64,000 bases of DNA from the IMG/VR virus record IMGVR_UViG_3300044620_000288, positions 1 to 64,000 of that record; one strand, written 5' to 3'. Positions 1 to 9,238 of this stretch are shown one piece after another (position 1 is the stretch's first letter; each line of letters starts with the position of its first letter). The translations under genes were made by a program, and so were the position numbers. The notes under the pieces are model-generated. The model searched no databases. It saw nothing but the letters and a program-made list of their open reading frames with translations, and had not been told where the DNA came from. This DNA comes from a virus. Taxonomy: Duplodnaviria; Heunggongvirae; Uroviricota; Caudoviricetes.

Positions 1-772
1 TAAGAGCCACTGGAAGACGGAGCGTATCAATGCCCAGTTTATCAAAGTCAATAGGATAATAGACATTATCCAGACACAGATGCATATAATTATTACTAGC
101 AAGTTCCGAAAATTGGAAGAATTCATGGCGTGTAATTACAAAGTCATTATTAATACTATCTACATCAAAGTAGACACTTTCAAAATAAGCCAGCTGCTCT
201 TTAATCTTGTTCTCAAAGCTGTGCCTATCATAATATTTGATAGGTACAATCACCTTGACACCATTAGGCTGATTTGTGGGTGTTTCATATAAAAGGTCAA
301 TAGTGTTGACATCCTCACCCTCGTACATCATATATTTGCGTTCTGTTCCATCCTTACGACAGACAAAATAGAAGCTTGATGAATACGCTAGCGGAGCTTT
401 GAATCCTAGCCCCATCATGCCTAGTTCTGTAGTGCTGTTACGCTTTGTACTCTTACCATATTTACTGATGATATTCTTTACGTCATCAGCATCAAGACCA
501 ATACCAAAATCCTCCACAGAGAACTCATAGTTGCTTTCTTTATTCCTGCACAGAGCAACAACAATGGGTTTATCAATCCCAGCTCTGCGGTGTGAGTCTA
601 ATGCATTTGATGCACACTCACGGATAGTAGAACCAATAGCGTCTGAATACAAATTTTTACTCAACATTTGCATCAACACCTGTGCTGATTCTAAGTCAAG
701 GGACATACCTATAGACTCTTGCGACTCACCCTCCTGGTGAATCATTGCTTCTTTTTGTTTTTCTAAGATCAT
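1..772 (-). CDS. GHKL-family (Hsp90/MutL/rIIA-like) ATPase, N-terminal part; ORF runs off window start
   Basis: Manual minus-strand translation from ATG at 772 is open to position 1 (not in ORF track because it is truncated). Motifs: N-box 'IRECASNALDS', G1 'EDFGIGLD', G2 'GMMGLGFKAPLAYSS' (Bergerat fold). Start overlaps the stop of the upstream gene (ATGA). Confidence 0.55.
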   Translation of the reverse strand, partial: MILEKQKEAMIHQEGESQESIGMSLDLESAQVLMQMLSKNLYSDAIGSTIRECASNALDSHRRAGIDKPIVVALCRNKESNYEFSVEDFGIGLDADDVKNIISKYGKSTKRNSTTELGMMGLGFKAPLAYSSSFYFVCRKDGTERKYMMYEGEDVNTIDLLYETPTNQPNGVKVIVPIKYYDRHSFENKIKEQLAYFESVYFDVDSINNDFVITRHEFFQFSELASNNYMHLCLDNVYYPIDFDKLGIDTLRLPVAL

Positions 773-1158
773 TTCTGTAAGAATTTAATTCTGATTAGTG
801 CTTCTTTTGATTTGTTGTATTTTTCTATGTTTTCTGGATTTGTAAATAGCTCGTCTGGATTAGCTGGCTTTAGTATTCTGTTTTCGTAGTAGCTGTTCAG
901 ATAGCTCTTATAGAAACATTTGGAAGTGAATCCGTGTTTTTTAAACTTTTCAACCCTCCAACCAGTTTCATTTCCTGCTTCATATTGTTCAAATTCCTTT
1001 AACGAATCTCCAGGACTTGATAGGCTATAATATTGCAAGGAGCATTTATCTCTACCCTGTCCACAATACCATCCATAATCTAAGCTATTGCCCCAAGCAA
1101 TAACAATAAAGTCACCTATTTCTAAGTTAAGGTGTTTACCAATTTTTAATGTGCTCAT
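769..1158 (-). CDS. hypothetical protein (129 aa)
   Basis: ORF in co-directional tight operon; ATGA coupling to downstream gene; no recognisable motif. Confidence 0.45.
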   Translation of the reverse strand: MSTLKIGKHLNLEIGDFIVIAWGNSLDYGWYCGQGRDKCSLQYYSLSSPGDSLKEFEQYEAGNETGWRVEKFKKHGFTSKCFYKSYLNSYYENRILKPANPDELFTNPENIEKYNKSKEALIRIKFLQK

Positions 1159-1472
1159 TAGTCTTCTCTTTTAATTAACCAAATGTTTCTGTAATTGAGA
1201 TCTATAAACTTCTCAACAGTGTAATTGTCTGACGCATTGTATTCTTTTCTAGTATATGTGTTTGTTCTACCATTCCACGTATGAGTGTAAGTTGTCTCTT
1301 TAATAGCCACTTTACATTTCACTGATTTGTAAAAGGTTTTACCCTGAGTCCCATACGTTGGTTGCACTTTCTTTGGTTCTACGGGTCTAATCACTTTAGC
1401 CCTGGCAATAGTTCCCTGTATAGAGTAGAGGAACTCATCCCCTATCTGTAATTGCGTTACATCAATTTCCAT
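1158..1472 (-). CDS. hypothetical protein (104 aa)
   Basis: ORF in operon context; shares weak 'L.IGD.F' N-terminal similarity with 769-1158. Confidence 0.45.
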   Translation of the reverse strand: MEIDVTQLQIGDEFLYSIQGTIARAKVIRPVEPKKVQPTYGTQGKTFYKSVKCKVAIKETTYTHTWNGRTNTYTRKEYNASDNYTVEKFIDLNYRNIWLIKRED

Positions 1473-1482
1473 AAATGTTGGT

Positions 1483-2202
1483 TTAAAACGGTGGCTCTTC
1501 GTATAGCCACATGATTTGATAATTGTTGTTCTCTTTAAGAATCTGGCTCACTTTACCAAACACACCCTCTGTATCCCAATCTGTATTCTTGTAGCTTGCA
1601 GAAGCTGGGTGTGATAGGGTGAAGGACCATGTGAATGGTGGAACATAACGTTCATACTTAGCAGCATCTTTGCCTAGGAATATAAATGGAACACCAGACG
1701 TATCGAGCACATGCTCAAATAGATATTTGGTGAACGGTTCCCATAAAGCAATGTGTGAGCCTGCCTTGTTAATTTCTGTGGTGAGTGCAGCGTTAAGCAT
1801 TAGCACTCCCTGCTTAGCTAGATAGCTAACATCAGGCGTTTTGATGTATTTGAGATTGAGACCACTGTGTAGTTCTCTCTCCAGTGCACCGTAAAACTGC
1901 TCTAATGAAGGTTGCAGGGCATTTGTGATAGAGCATCCCATAAGCAGACCATCTGCTACAGCCACACTATTCTTCATAGTGTGATAGGGACACATGCCTA
2001 TCATAACCACTTTTAAATCATCTAGTGATGTTTCTTTAAATGCTCTGAAAACATTAGAAGAAAGAGGGGCAATCTTCTTACCCCTCTTTGCTTCCTTTTT
2101 GAGAAACTCATAGATGGCATCACACTCATTGCTCTCAATAAACGGTTTCATCTTTATGTGCCAGCTCTCATGGAACTGGTCAGCGAATTTCTCCCATTTC
2201 AT
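1483..2202 (-). CDS. uracil-DNA glycosylase family-1 homolog with non-canonical catalytic motif (GMCPYH instead of GQDPYH)
   Basis: By-eye alignment to E. coli Ung. 'SNVFRAFKETSLDDLKVVMIGMCPYH' vs '[26 protein letters not shown]'; 'KQGVLMLNAALT' vs 'RQGVLLLNTVLT'; 'FIFLGKDAAK' vs 'FLLWGSHAQK'; 'SHPASAS' vs 'PHPSPLS'. Confidence 0.75.
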   Translation of the reverse strand: MKWEKFADQFHESWHIKMKPFIESNECDAIYEFLKKEAKRGKKIAPLSSNVFRAFKETSLDDLKVVMIGMCPYHTMKNSVAVADGLLMGCSITNALQPSLEQFYGALERELHSGLNLKYIKTPDVSYLAKQGVLMLNAALTTEINKAGSHIALWEPFTKYLFEHVLDTSGVPFIFLGKDAAKYERYVPPFTWSFTLSHPASASYKNTDWDTEGVFGKVSQILKENNNYQIMWLYEEPPF

Positions 2203-2203
2203 A

Positions 2204-2986
2204 TTAAAATAGTTCTAATTGTTCAAGTTGCATGATTGTAGGCACAGCCTGAATCTCTGTAGGAGCTACCATAATGCCTGATTCATTCACAAAGAACGTA
2301 TGGGCGTTGATATGATTTCTCATCCAAAGGGAGGGATGTACTTCCTTCATAGCATAAGTAGTGTGCTGATAAAGCTCCCACAAGCTACCTGGTGCACCAT
2401 AATCAAAAGATGGATTCTCTATCTGACCTCTGATGATGTTAAGTTGTGTGCTCTCAATGATATTCTCCTCGATAATCATTCTACCAATAAGCTCAGCTGT
2501 TGTACGTTTTGTGAGTTCAATAGCTTTCATGTTCTCACGGTCTGATTGCATCTTCTGGAATGCATCACCAGCTTGCTTGATATATTCTGTAATAGCGGTA
2601 GGAGTGAATGTTTGAATCTCTCCTACATGCTTCTTTCTAAATGCACCATAATCACCTGATACACAACCATTAGAACAAATGAATATGCGTGTACCAATAG
2701 CAAACTTCAAGCTCATGCTCTTATCATAGCTATTCTGCCAGCCAATCTGTAATTGCATCTCGCTATCTGCTACATTAGTGATTGTATATCTACCATTAGC
2801 TACATTACCTTCTCTAGCAGCGCTGTATGTTTCTTTATCTAACTCAAACCCTGCGTGATGTATGCTTTCTAGAGTGAGATCGATTAGCTGCTGATGGCTA
2901 ATAGGCTTATATGTCTTTGTTTCTTGTGGAATTTCTGCTGTCAACAAAATATCTTTTGCTGCAACGTAGGACTTTTTTGTTTCCAT
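2204..2986 (-). CDS. hypothetical protein (260 aa), replication-module context
   Basis: Long ORF, operon context; no motif recognised with confidence. Confidence 0.5.
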   Translation of the reverse strand: METKKSYVAAKDILLTAEIPQETKTYKPISHQQLIDLTLESIHHAGFELDKETYSAAREGNVANGRYTITNVADSEMQLQIGWQNSYDKSMSLKFAIGTRIFICSNGCVSGDYGAFRKKHVGEIQTFTPTAITEYIKQAGDAFQKMQSDRENMKAIELTKRTTAELIGRMIIEENIIESTQLNIIRGQIENPSFDYGAPGSLWELYQHTTYAMKEVHPSLWMRNHINAHTFFVNESGIMVAPTEIQAVPTIMQLEQLELF

Positions 2987-2997
2987 GTGTTTTTAAT

Positions 2998-4002
2998 TTA
3001 TAAAAGTTGTTTCTGTTTTAAATAGTTTTCAATTACTTGTATGCCGTGCTCTTTTGCTAAATCAGCCCAATCCTTAATACCTTCTGACAAATACTTACGT
3101 GGGACGTTAGCATACTCAAAATCAAACAGCTTTGTTATCATTTGACTATTCTTAACACCCACCTCATCTGCATCAAAAGAAAGGATTTGTCTATCAGAGT
3201 TGGCTTTTAGATATTCTACATTCCCATCAGAGAAGCATGCTACACCCTCATTCTGAACAGCACAGCAGCATGGAAAAACCTTTTTCATCACCATATAATC
3301 CTTCTTGCTCTTGTTTATGAAAGCTACAGAACAATTAGTGATGTCTTCTTTACCATCCATAGCGGTGATAGGAACATTATTGGGCACCCATTTGCTTTTC
3401 TTGTCTCCAAAAGGACGATATATCTTCCAGTGGCCATCATAGAGATATCCAAACCTGAGGTCAGTTTCTTTAAGAGGAAACAGCTTCCTGTTTAGATAGA
3501 GCTTCTTGATGGAATAAACATTGTTAGCTCTAAGATCGTCCAAGCTTTGATAGTATTGGTTCCAATAGTCAAGTTCCTCTTGTGTGAACCTGCGTGTAAC
3601 CACCTGAATCAAAGAATAGCGCTTACCTAGATCTTCTGGTTGTTTGTATTCCTTCTGAATAGATTTATATCGTTCTGTAGAAGTTCCTGGGAGGAATCCC
3701 AGTCCAAAATCCTTGTCTATCATCCTCAAGACATCATCAATAGTGCTCAGGTTGAACAACATCTTTACAAACGTAAAGCAATCTCCACGTTTAGAAGTGT
3801 CCCCAAAGTCTATGAATGATAGAAAGCCCCTCTTATTGCCTATTATAAAGGATGGGTTGCTCTCCTGTCTGAATGGTGAAAGCGTAGCTTGGTTAATCTT
3901 CCAAGACTTGTCTGGCATGTAGAATCTAAATATGTCATACTCTGATATCTTCTGAAGAATAGCTTGAGGTGTGAGCCTCACTTTGATATCTCCTTGAATC
4001 AT
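2998..4002 (-). CDS. putative DNA primase (Toprim domain)
   Basis: C-terminal acidic signature compatible with Toprim: '...VQNEGVACF...' then 'SFDADEVG' (E ... DxD) about 30 aa apart; sits in the replication gene cluster. Confidence 0.45.
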   Translation of the reverse strand: MIQGDIKVRLTPQAILQKISEYDIFRFYMPDKSWKINQATLSPFRQESNPSFIIGNKRGFLSFIDFGDTSKRGDCFTFVKMLFNLSTIDDVLRMIDKDFGLGFLPGTSTERYKSIQKEYKQPEDLGKRYSLIQVVTRRFTQEELDYWNQYYQSLDDLRANNVYSIKKLYLNRKLFPLKETDLRFGYLYDGHWKIYRPFGDKKSKWVPNNVPITAMDGKEDITNCSVAFINKSKKDYMVMKKVFPCCCAVQNEGVACFSDGNVEYLKANSDRQILSFDADEVGVKNSQMITKLFDFEYANVPRKYLSEGIKDWADLAKEHGIQVIENYLKQKQLL

Positions 4003-4379
4003 TTGTAGTCAATATACTGTTTTACTTCTTGAATATCTGAATTGGTAAGTATGTTTATCTTATTCTTAGTCTCAAAGCGCTTGTCATTTAGAAAATAGAC
4101 AGCTCTGGCTAGCTCGATAAACTTATCACCAAATGATTTGTCTTTCTCTAGCTTCCTAAGTTCATCCTCCACATCCCATAATTGAGTGTTTACGCCTATC
4201 AAATCCTCATATAGGCTACTTATGCTATCAATCATGATGAATGGACCCACTAAAGAAGTGAGAGATTCTATCTCATGTTGAACCTTTGAGAGCTTATCAG
4301 GGCCCACCTTGTTTCTTTTTATTTGTAGGATGGTGTATTTGTCTATCAACTCACCTACACTTACTGGGATTGTTATCAT
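3999..4379 (-). CDS. hypothetical protein (126 aa)
   Basis: ORF overlapping neighbours by 4 nt (ATGA coupling). Confidence 0.45.
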   Translation of the reverse strand: MITIPVSVGELIDKYTILQIKRNKVGPDKLSKVQHEIESLTSLVGPFIMIDSISSLYEDLIGVNTQLWDVEDELRKLEKDKSFGDKFIELARAVYFLNDKRFETKNKINILTNSDIQEVKQYIDYK

Positions 4380-4442
4380 AGAATAAAAAATTAAGCCCCC
4401 ATTAGATTTCTCTAACGAGGGCTATGATTGGAGGAGGGAAAT

Positions 4443-5306
4443 TTAAAAATCATCACCGTCATCAGAGAGCACTGCATCAGATGCCACAAGGTTATCTTCT
4501 GCGTTATACTCCTTTAGATCACGGAGAACATAGAAATCACGACAGCCATACTCACCTGTCACGTTAATTACAAAACGCTCGTGTGGTTTTAAGTCTTTCA
4601 ACTTCTTACCACGAAGTGCGCTCTGTACTGTTGCATCATTATAGTTGATGAGGCGGAAGTTCTTCAGAGCATAAGCTGGCAAGAATGCCTTGTTATACAC
4701 GCCCTGATACTCTTTGCTTTCACCATCTTTCTCTTTCATAATAACAGTGGCAAGAGCACCGATGTTTGTGCAATAAGCACCATCCACCTGACTCTTCAAC
4801 TCACTAACATTACCTTTCATCAACTTCTTCCAATCAGCCTGTAGAACAGAGTCTTCCTTCATGAAGTCAAGCTTACCTAACCAGGTGCGCAAGAATTCAT
4901 AAAGTTCTTCTTCTCCTACATATGCTACACGATAGTCACGTTTAGCAAACCAATCAGCCAAGTTGTTTGCATCATCAGCCCAAGCACATCTACCAATGTT
5001 ATTGATATATTGTTTCTTGCTGCCATCCTTATTCTCACGCTCTTTATCCTCTAGGAAGAACGTAGTTTTAAATTTGTCACCACTCTTTACATCTTTAAGC
5101 CAAACGTCAACACGTAAATACGTATTACCATCTCTGCTCTTGCCAAGATATTCTGTGGCCTTACTTTCTGCAGGAAGCTCTATGTCTAATGCTTCCTTGT
5201 ACTCTTCTGCTGTGGGATTAATGGCTACTACTTCAGCCTCAAATAATCCTACCTTTTTTGCAAACTCTTGTACCTGTTTCTGTTCTCTTTGATCGCCTTG
5301 AATCAT
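4443..5306 (-). CDS. putative single-stranded DNA-binding protein (acidic C-terminal tip)
   Basis: C-terminus '...AVLSDDGDDF' resembles the SSB acidic tail ending in Phe (E. coli SSB '...DDDIPF'); located beside recombination/replication genes. Confidence 0.4.
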   Translation of the reverse strand: MIQGDQREQKQVQEFAKKVGLFEAEVVAINPTAEEYKEALDIELPAESKATEYLGKSRDGNTYLRVDVWLKDVKSGDKFKTTFFLEDKERENKDGSKKQYINNIGRCAWADDANNLADWFAKRDYRVAYVGEEELYEFLRTWLGKLDFMKEDSVLQADWKKLMKGNVSELKSQVDGAYCTNIGALATVIMKEKDGESKEYQGVYNKAFLPAYALKNFRLINYNDATVQSALRGKKLKDLKPHERFVINVTGEYGCRDFYVLRDLKEYNAEDNLVASDAVLSDDGDDF

Positions 5307-5340
5307 TGCTTTGAATTTTGATTGTTAATTAATATGTGCT

Positions 5341-6012
5341 TTATTTATAATACTCGTCTATTGTATCTGATACAAGCTTCAGGTTGTTTGGCACCTTGAT
5401 TTCGGTGAACATACCATCTGGGCTCTTGGCAGGATACTTTCTAAACTTGTTGGTTACGAAATAATAGTTTGATGTACCATCTTTGGTTTCCTCTACATGT
5501 GTATACAAACAAATAGTGAGCAAACCTTCTAGTCCAATCTGACTATCAATCATCTTACCTGCGGTCTTAATCTTATATCCTATAATCTCCCCACCATCTT
5601 CTACTGTTTCAGGATGGGTGAAATAGAACACTTTTAAATCATCACGCAATTTGCGTGCAGTTCTGAATAGATCCACCATATCTCTAGCCATGAGTGTGAA
5701 CTTTGTAAATCCTGTCTCTGTGGCTTTCTCCATAAGGTTGAATCCCATGATGTAATTGCTGTCCTCAATCACTATGTTCTTAATGTGAGGATACTCTTCT
5801 GAGATTTTACGCAGACCTCTCGTTATTTTTGGTGCATCATCAACTTCTATGTAGTTGTTTTTCTCTGTGTTGTACAGTTTGTCTGCACCTTTGAACGGAA
5901 GTTCTTTTTTCGCTACGTTAATAATGTACGTTTCTTTTGGGTCCAAATGCTTGATAGAGGTAGACTTACCTGTACCTGTAGGACCCACAATTCCAATGAG
6001 TTTACTTGACAT
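5341..6012 (-). CDS. Sak4-like RecA-fold ATPase (AAA_24-type)
   Basis: N-terminal Walker A 'IGIVGPTGTGKST', about 220 aa, typical size and architecture of phage Sak4 ssDNA-annealing ATPases. Confidence 0.55.
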   Translation of the reverse strand: MSSKLIGIVGPTGTGKSTSIKHLDPKETYIINVAKKELPFKGADKLYNTEKNNYIEVDDAPKITRGLRKISEEYPHIKNIVIEDSNYIMGFNLMEKATETGFTKFTLMARDMVDLFRTARKLRDDLKVFYFTHPETVEDGGEIIGYKIKTAGKMIDSQIGLEGLLTICLYTHVEETKDGTSNYYFVTNKFRKYPAKSPDGMFTEIKVPNNLKLVSDTIDEYYK

Positions 6013-6068
6013 TGTGCTTTAATTTAGTTTGTGATTTAATGTCTGTAAAGATACGAAATCTATGTTAA

Positions 6069-7145
6069 TTAAGCAAATTTTATCTTGCTTTTATCAAAGA
6101 ATTCTAGAGCTTTTTTTAGCCAACTTGCTTCTACATCTTCTGTAGAACACACAATGTATATTTGGGCTTTCTTGTCTGGATTATTATATTCCATAGCCAT
6201 ACATCTGTTAATCTTTTGTGCTAGGTTTTCACCATTGCTATCAAAATAGTTGATAATTACACGGTTGAGTGGTTTGTACGTAACACCTGTGTTACCTATC
6301 TTCACCACAGCCAAATGATTACCTTCTCCTGATGCAAAGTTATCAAATATATCCTTCTCTGTCTTTTTACTGTGATAGGAAGGAATGCCTAGCTCATCAG
6401 CTATCTTAGTGACACCACAGAACACTAGTACGCGTTCCTCTTTATGTTTCTTAAGTAGCTCTCTAGTCTTGTTTAGCTTTGCAATGCTATTCTGAATAAT
6501 GCGCATCCTTGCGAGTCTCAAGAACATGGTGGATTTACCTTCCCTCTCCAAGCTGTTAATCACCCAACCATAAGCTTCAAACTGAGCTTTCTCTGTTCTC
6601 TTCTTACCTTTGTAATCATTCACACGCTTGTTATCTAGAGGAACCTTTACCACCGTGATTTCATAGTCCACAATAACACCTTCCTTAATAGCCTGCTCAA
6701 TTGTGTATGTAGCTACAACACATAAGTCTAAATGCTCACAGAGTGTTTTCTCTGTCCAGCTAGACAATGTGCCTGTTAGTCCTAACACAACATCATTGTT
6801 CTTAATGAGGTCTTTGGTTGCAAACAATTGATTATCAGATAGTAGATGTATCTCATCAATTATCACCATATCATATGCTTCTTCTGCATACTTATGTAAC
6901 GATAAGTGAGTGGTGTACGTAATGAAGCTACTAAGATAACCACGTGCTTCAAAGTCTGTTTGCCATGATTCCTTGATTTTATTGTCTGGATAGGTAATAA
7001 GTATGCTTTTAGGCTTCAGCTTTTCTAAAATGTTGATGGTGGTATATATTTTACCAAACCTGGGACACAGGTTGAGAATACCAAACTTACCAGCATTTAT
7101 CCAAGCATCAGCAAATTCCTGCTGTCGTTTATCTCTTAATGTCAT
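6069..7145 (-). CDS. superfamily-2 DEAH-box DNA helicase
   Basis: P-loop-like 'NLCPRFGKIYTT', Walker B/motif II 'VIIDEIHLLSD', motif III-like 'LGLTGT'; helicase C-terminal region follows. Confidence 0.65.
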   Translation of the reverse strand: MTLRDKRQQEFADAWINAGKFGILNLCPRFGKIYTTINILEKLKPKSILITYPDNKIKESWQTDFEARGYLSSFITYTTHLSLHKYAEEAYDMVIIDEIHLLSDNQLFATKDLIKNNDVVLGLTGTLSSWTEKTLCEHLDLCVVATYTIEQAIKEGVIVDYEITVVKVPLDNKRVNDYKGKKRTEKAQFEAYGWVINSLEREGKSTMFLRLARMRIIQNSIAKLNKTRELLKKHKEERVLVFCGVTKIADELGIPSYHSKKTEKDIFDNFASGEGNHLAVVKIGNTGVTYKPLNRVIINYFDSNGENLAQKINRCMAMEYNNPDKKAQIYIVCSTEDVEASWLKKALEFFDKSKIKFA

Positions 7146-7387
7146 AGTAGTTTTATAATATGTCCATGCTTATCTAATAGCTCAACCACTTCATACTTTG
7201 CGTCCAATTCCTCTATTATACCATCTAGTATATCACGAGGATTGCGCCACATAGCTAGAAATGTAAGCATCTCTTGAGCAGACATGAGCCTGCCGTGTTT
7301 AGCAGGATCATGTCTTTCTCTGTACCTATCATATATCAGTATAGTAGGATTGTTCTTCCTTATCGTTAGATACTCTTGTCTTGTCAT
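7142..7387 (-). CDS. hypothetical protein (81 aa)
   Basis: ORF with ATGA overlap to the helicase gene. Confidence 0.4.
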   Translation of the reverse strand: MTRQEYLTIRKNNPTILIYDRYRERHDPAKHGRLMSAQEMLTFLAMWRNPRDILDGIIEELDAKYEVVELLDKHGHIIKLL

Positions 7388-7552
7388 TGAAAAAGATTGA
7401 CATACTCCAGAAAAGCCACTCTAGATTAACAACAGTGTATCTGTTATTAATATCAGGGCTCCTGAGTATTGTTATAGTTGGTAATAGAATAATCTGCCAA
7501 AATGTTTCTTCCTTACAGGGAACTGTAGAGAAGGTTTTAATACTCATCATAG

Positions 7553-7660
7553 TTATTTGTTTATACTTTTATTTACTAAATCTGCCACTTTTTGTATGAC
7601 TCCCATGATAAAAAGTCCTATATAGGCTATTATCCCAATGGTGAAGAAAGCTATTTTCAT
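7553..7660 (-). CDS. small hydrophobic peptide (35 aa, single predicted TM helix) - tentative
   Basis: Manual translation 'MKIAFFTIGIIAYIGLFIMGVIQKVADLVNKSINK'; its ATG overlaps the TGA of the preceding peptide (ATGA). Confidence 0.2.
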   Translation of the reverse strand: MKIAFFTIGIIAYIGLFIMGVIQKVADLVNKSINK

Positions 7661-7746
7661 CTTCCATTCATGTACTTTAGGATTAATCTTCCTACTACTC
7701 TTCTTACTATTTCCCATACAATGATTGTTATTATTATCGTTTTCAT
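7657..7746 (-). CDS. small hydrophobic peptide (29 aa, single predicted TM helix) - tentative
   Basis: Manual translation 'MKTIIITIIVWEIVRRVVGRLILKYMNGR'; start 2 nt after the stop of the DnaB-like gene; AT-rich region, so it may be spurious. Confidence 0.2.
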   Translation of the reverse strand: MKTIIITIIVWEIVRRVVGRLILKYMNGR

Positions 7747-7748
7747 AT

Positions 7749-8810
7749 CTATTTTCCTAAGAAGAACGTCTTGTTTATTACAGACTCATAATCTGAATCA
7801 GTCATGTCTTTACGCTTCTTCAGTTCTTTGAACATACCAATCTGGCCCATAAAGCCTAAACCAATACGCACATCATCTTCTCCATAGCTATTCTTAATTA
7901 GCCTAAGGTTTCTGAAATACTTGGCTCCAAATTCATCCTTTAGCTTATCAAGAGCATAACCACTAGGGTCAGCCACCTTGTAACGCATAGGATCAAATAG
8001 AGCTAATACAACATCAGCATCGTTCTGTGTCTGTGAACTCTCTGCAAAGTCTTCTAGCTGAGGTTCAACATCACCGTTCTTTATCCTGATAGGATTGCTA
8101 ATGTCACGGTTGAACTGACTCACAACAACAGGCGTATACCCATAAAAGTCACGAGCATATCTGAGCTCATCTGACATTTTATCAATAGCCTGCTTCTTGG
8201 TAGTCTGGTCCTTTGTGGTCTTCAATAGACCAATGTGGTCAATGATAACAATGGTTATCTCGTTATCATTGTTAGGGAAATAGCGCTTGTTAAATTCATC
8301 CACTTGTTCAATGCGCCCATTTTGCAAAGCGTGCGCCTTTAATTCTTTGGCTACACCCACAGCATTCTCTGGACCATCAATAATAGTGATGACATCATTC
8401 ATCTGATTCATGTAATCCTCATACATCAAGAACAGATCGTGCTCATCCTTGGTCATCTTCTCATTCCAACCAAGCAACTTACTAACAGGAACAATCATAG
8501 CATGATCTAGAAAGATTTTTCTAGAGACCCATTTAGCTAGTTTGTATGTACGAGAGCGCTCCATTGAACGATATATGATGCGTAGCTTAATATTTGGGGC
8601 TTTCTGCATGATATACCAGTCAAATGGATTCAAAACAAATGCATCATCTATGAAGGATGTCTTACCAGAACCTGTTAAGCCACCCACAAGAAAGTACATG
8701 CTCTTACGGATACCAATGTACCTATTAAGTCTATCAAAACCCATAGGTATCCCATTATTCCTCCCTGTCAAGCCAAGCTCAACCTCGTGTTTTAATAGTT
8801 CAAAGCTCAT
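7749..8810 (-). CDS. DnaB-like replicative DNA helicase (RecA-fold C-terminal domain)
   Basis: Walker A 'VGGLTGSGKTSF', Walker B-like 'ITIVIIDHIGLL', DnaB/T7 gp4-like arrangement; 353 aa. Confidence 0.7.
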   Translation of the reverse strand: MSFELLKHEVELGLTGRNNGIPMGFDRLNRYIGIRKSMYFLVGGLTGSGKTSFIDDAFVLNPFDWYIMQKAPNIKLRIIYRSMERSRTYKLAKWVSRKIFLDHAMIVPVSKLLGWNEKMTKDEHDLFLMYEDYMNQMNDVITIIDGPENAVGVAKELKAHALQNGRIEQVDEFNKRYFPNNDNEITIVIIDHIGLLKTTKDQTTKKQAIDKMSDELRYARDFYGYTPVVVSQFNRDISNPIRIKNGDVEPQLEDFAESSQTQNDADVVLALFDPMRYKVADPSGYALDKLKDEFGAKYFRNLRLIKNSYGEDDVRIGLGFMGQIGMFKELKKRKDMTDSDYESVINKTFFLGK

Positions 8811-8813
8811 AGG

Positions 8814-9023
8814 TTATTTGTTTTGGTTATAGGTTTGGTTGTAGTATTCTTCAAATCCTTCATATTCTGCCCAAAAATTAGCACTATCTACATCACTTGC
8901 TGTTTTTATTATTTGCTCTTTTTCTTTTTCAAGTAATTTTATTGCCTTATCTCTAATAACAAAATTGCTAAGATAATGTCTTGTATTAATCAACTCAATT
9001 AATTCTTGCATAGCTGTTTTCAT
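8814..9023 (-). CDS. hypothetical protein (69 aa)
   Basis: ORF, operon context. Confidence 0.4.
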   Translation of the reverse strand: MKTAMQELIELINTRHYLSNFVIRDKAIKLLEKEKEQIIKTASDVDSANFWAEYEGFEEYYNQTYNQNK

Positions 9024-9238
9024 AATGCTTCTATTTCTTTTTTAACTTCTTGCCAATACTCCACTTGGCTATCACCAATGCACCACTTTAGAGCGGCTAA
9101 TATTTCATCTACTGCTATTAATGCAGCTGCTTTAGCAATTTCTTTCACCTCATCCATAGGTAACTTATGACCTATTTTACTGAGGATAGTGAGTGAGTGT
9201 AAGCTAACTAAATGTTTTGCTTTCTCTTGTTGTGTCAT
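9020..9238 (-). CDS. hypothetical protein (72 aa)
   Basis: ORF, 4-nt overlaps on both sides. Confidence 0.4.
   Translation of the reverse strand: MTQQEKAKHLVSLHSLTILSKIGHKLPMDEVKEIAKAAALIAVDEILAALKWCIGDSQVEYWQEVKKEIEAL

Noticed and set aside
2300-2615. Plus-strand ORFs 2300-2545 and 2433-2615 inside the 260-aa minus-strand gene
   Set aside because: Fully nested antisense to a longer ORF with good operon context.
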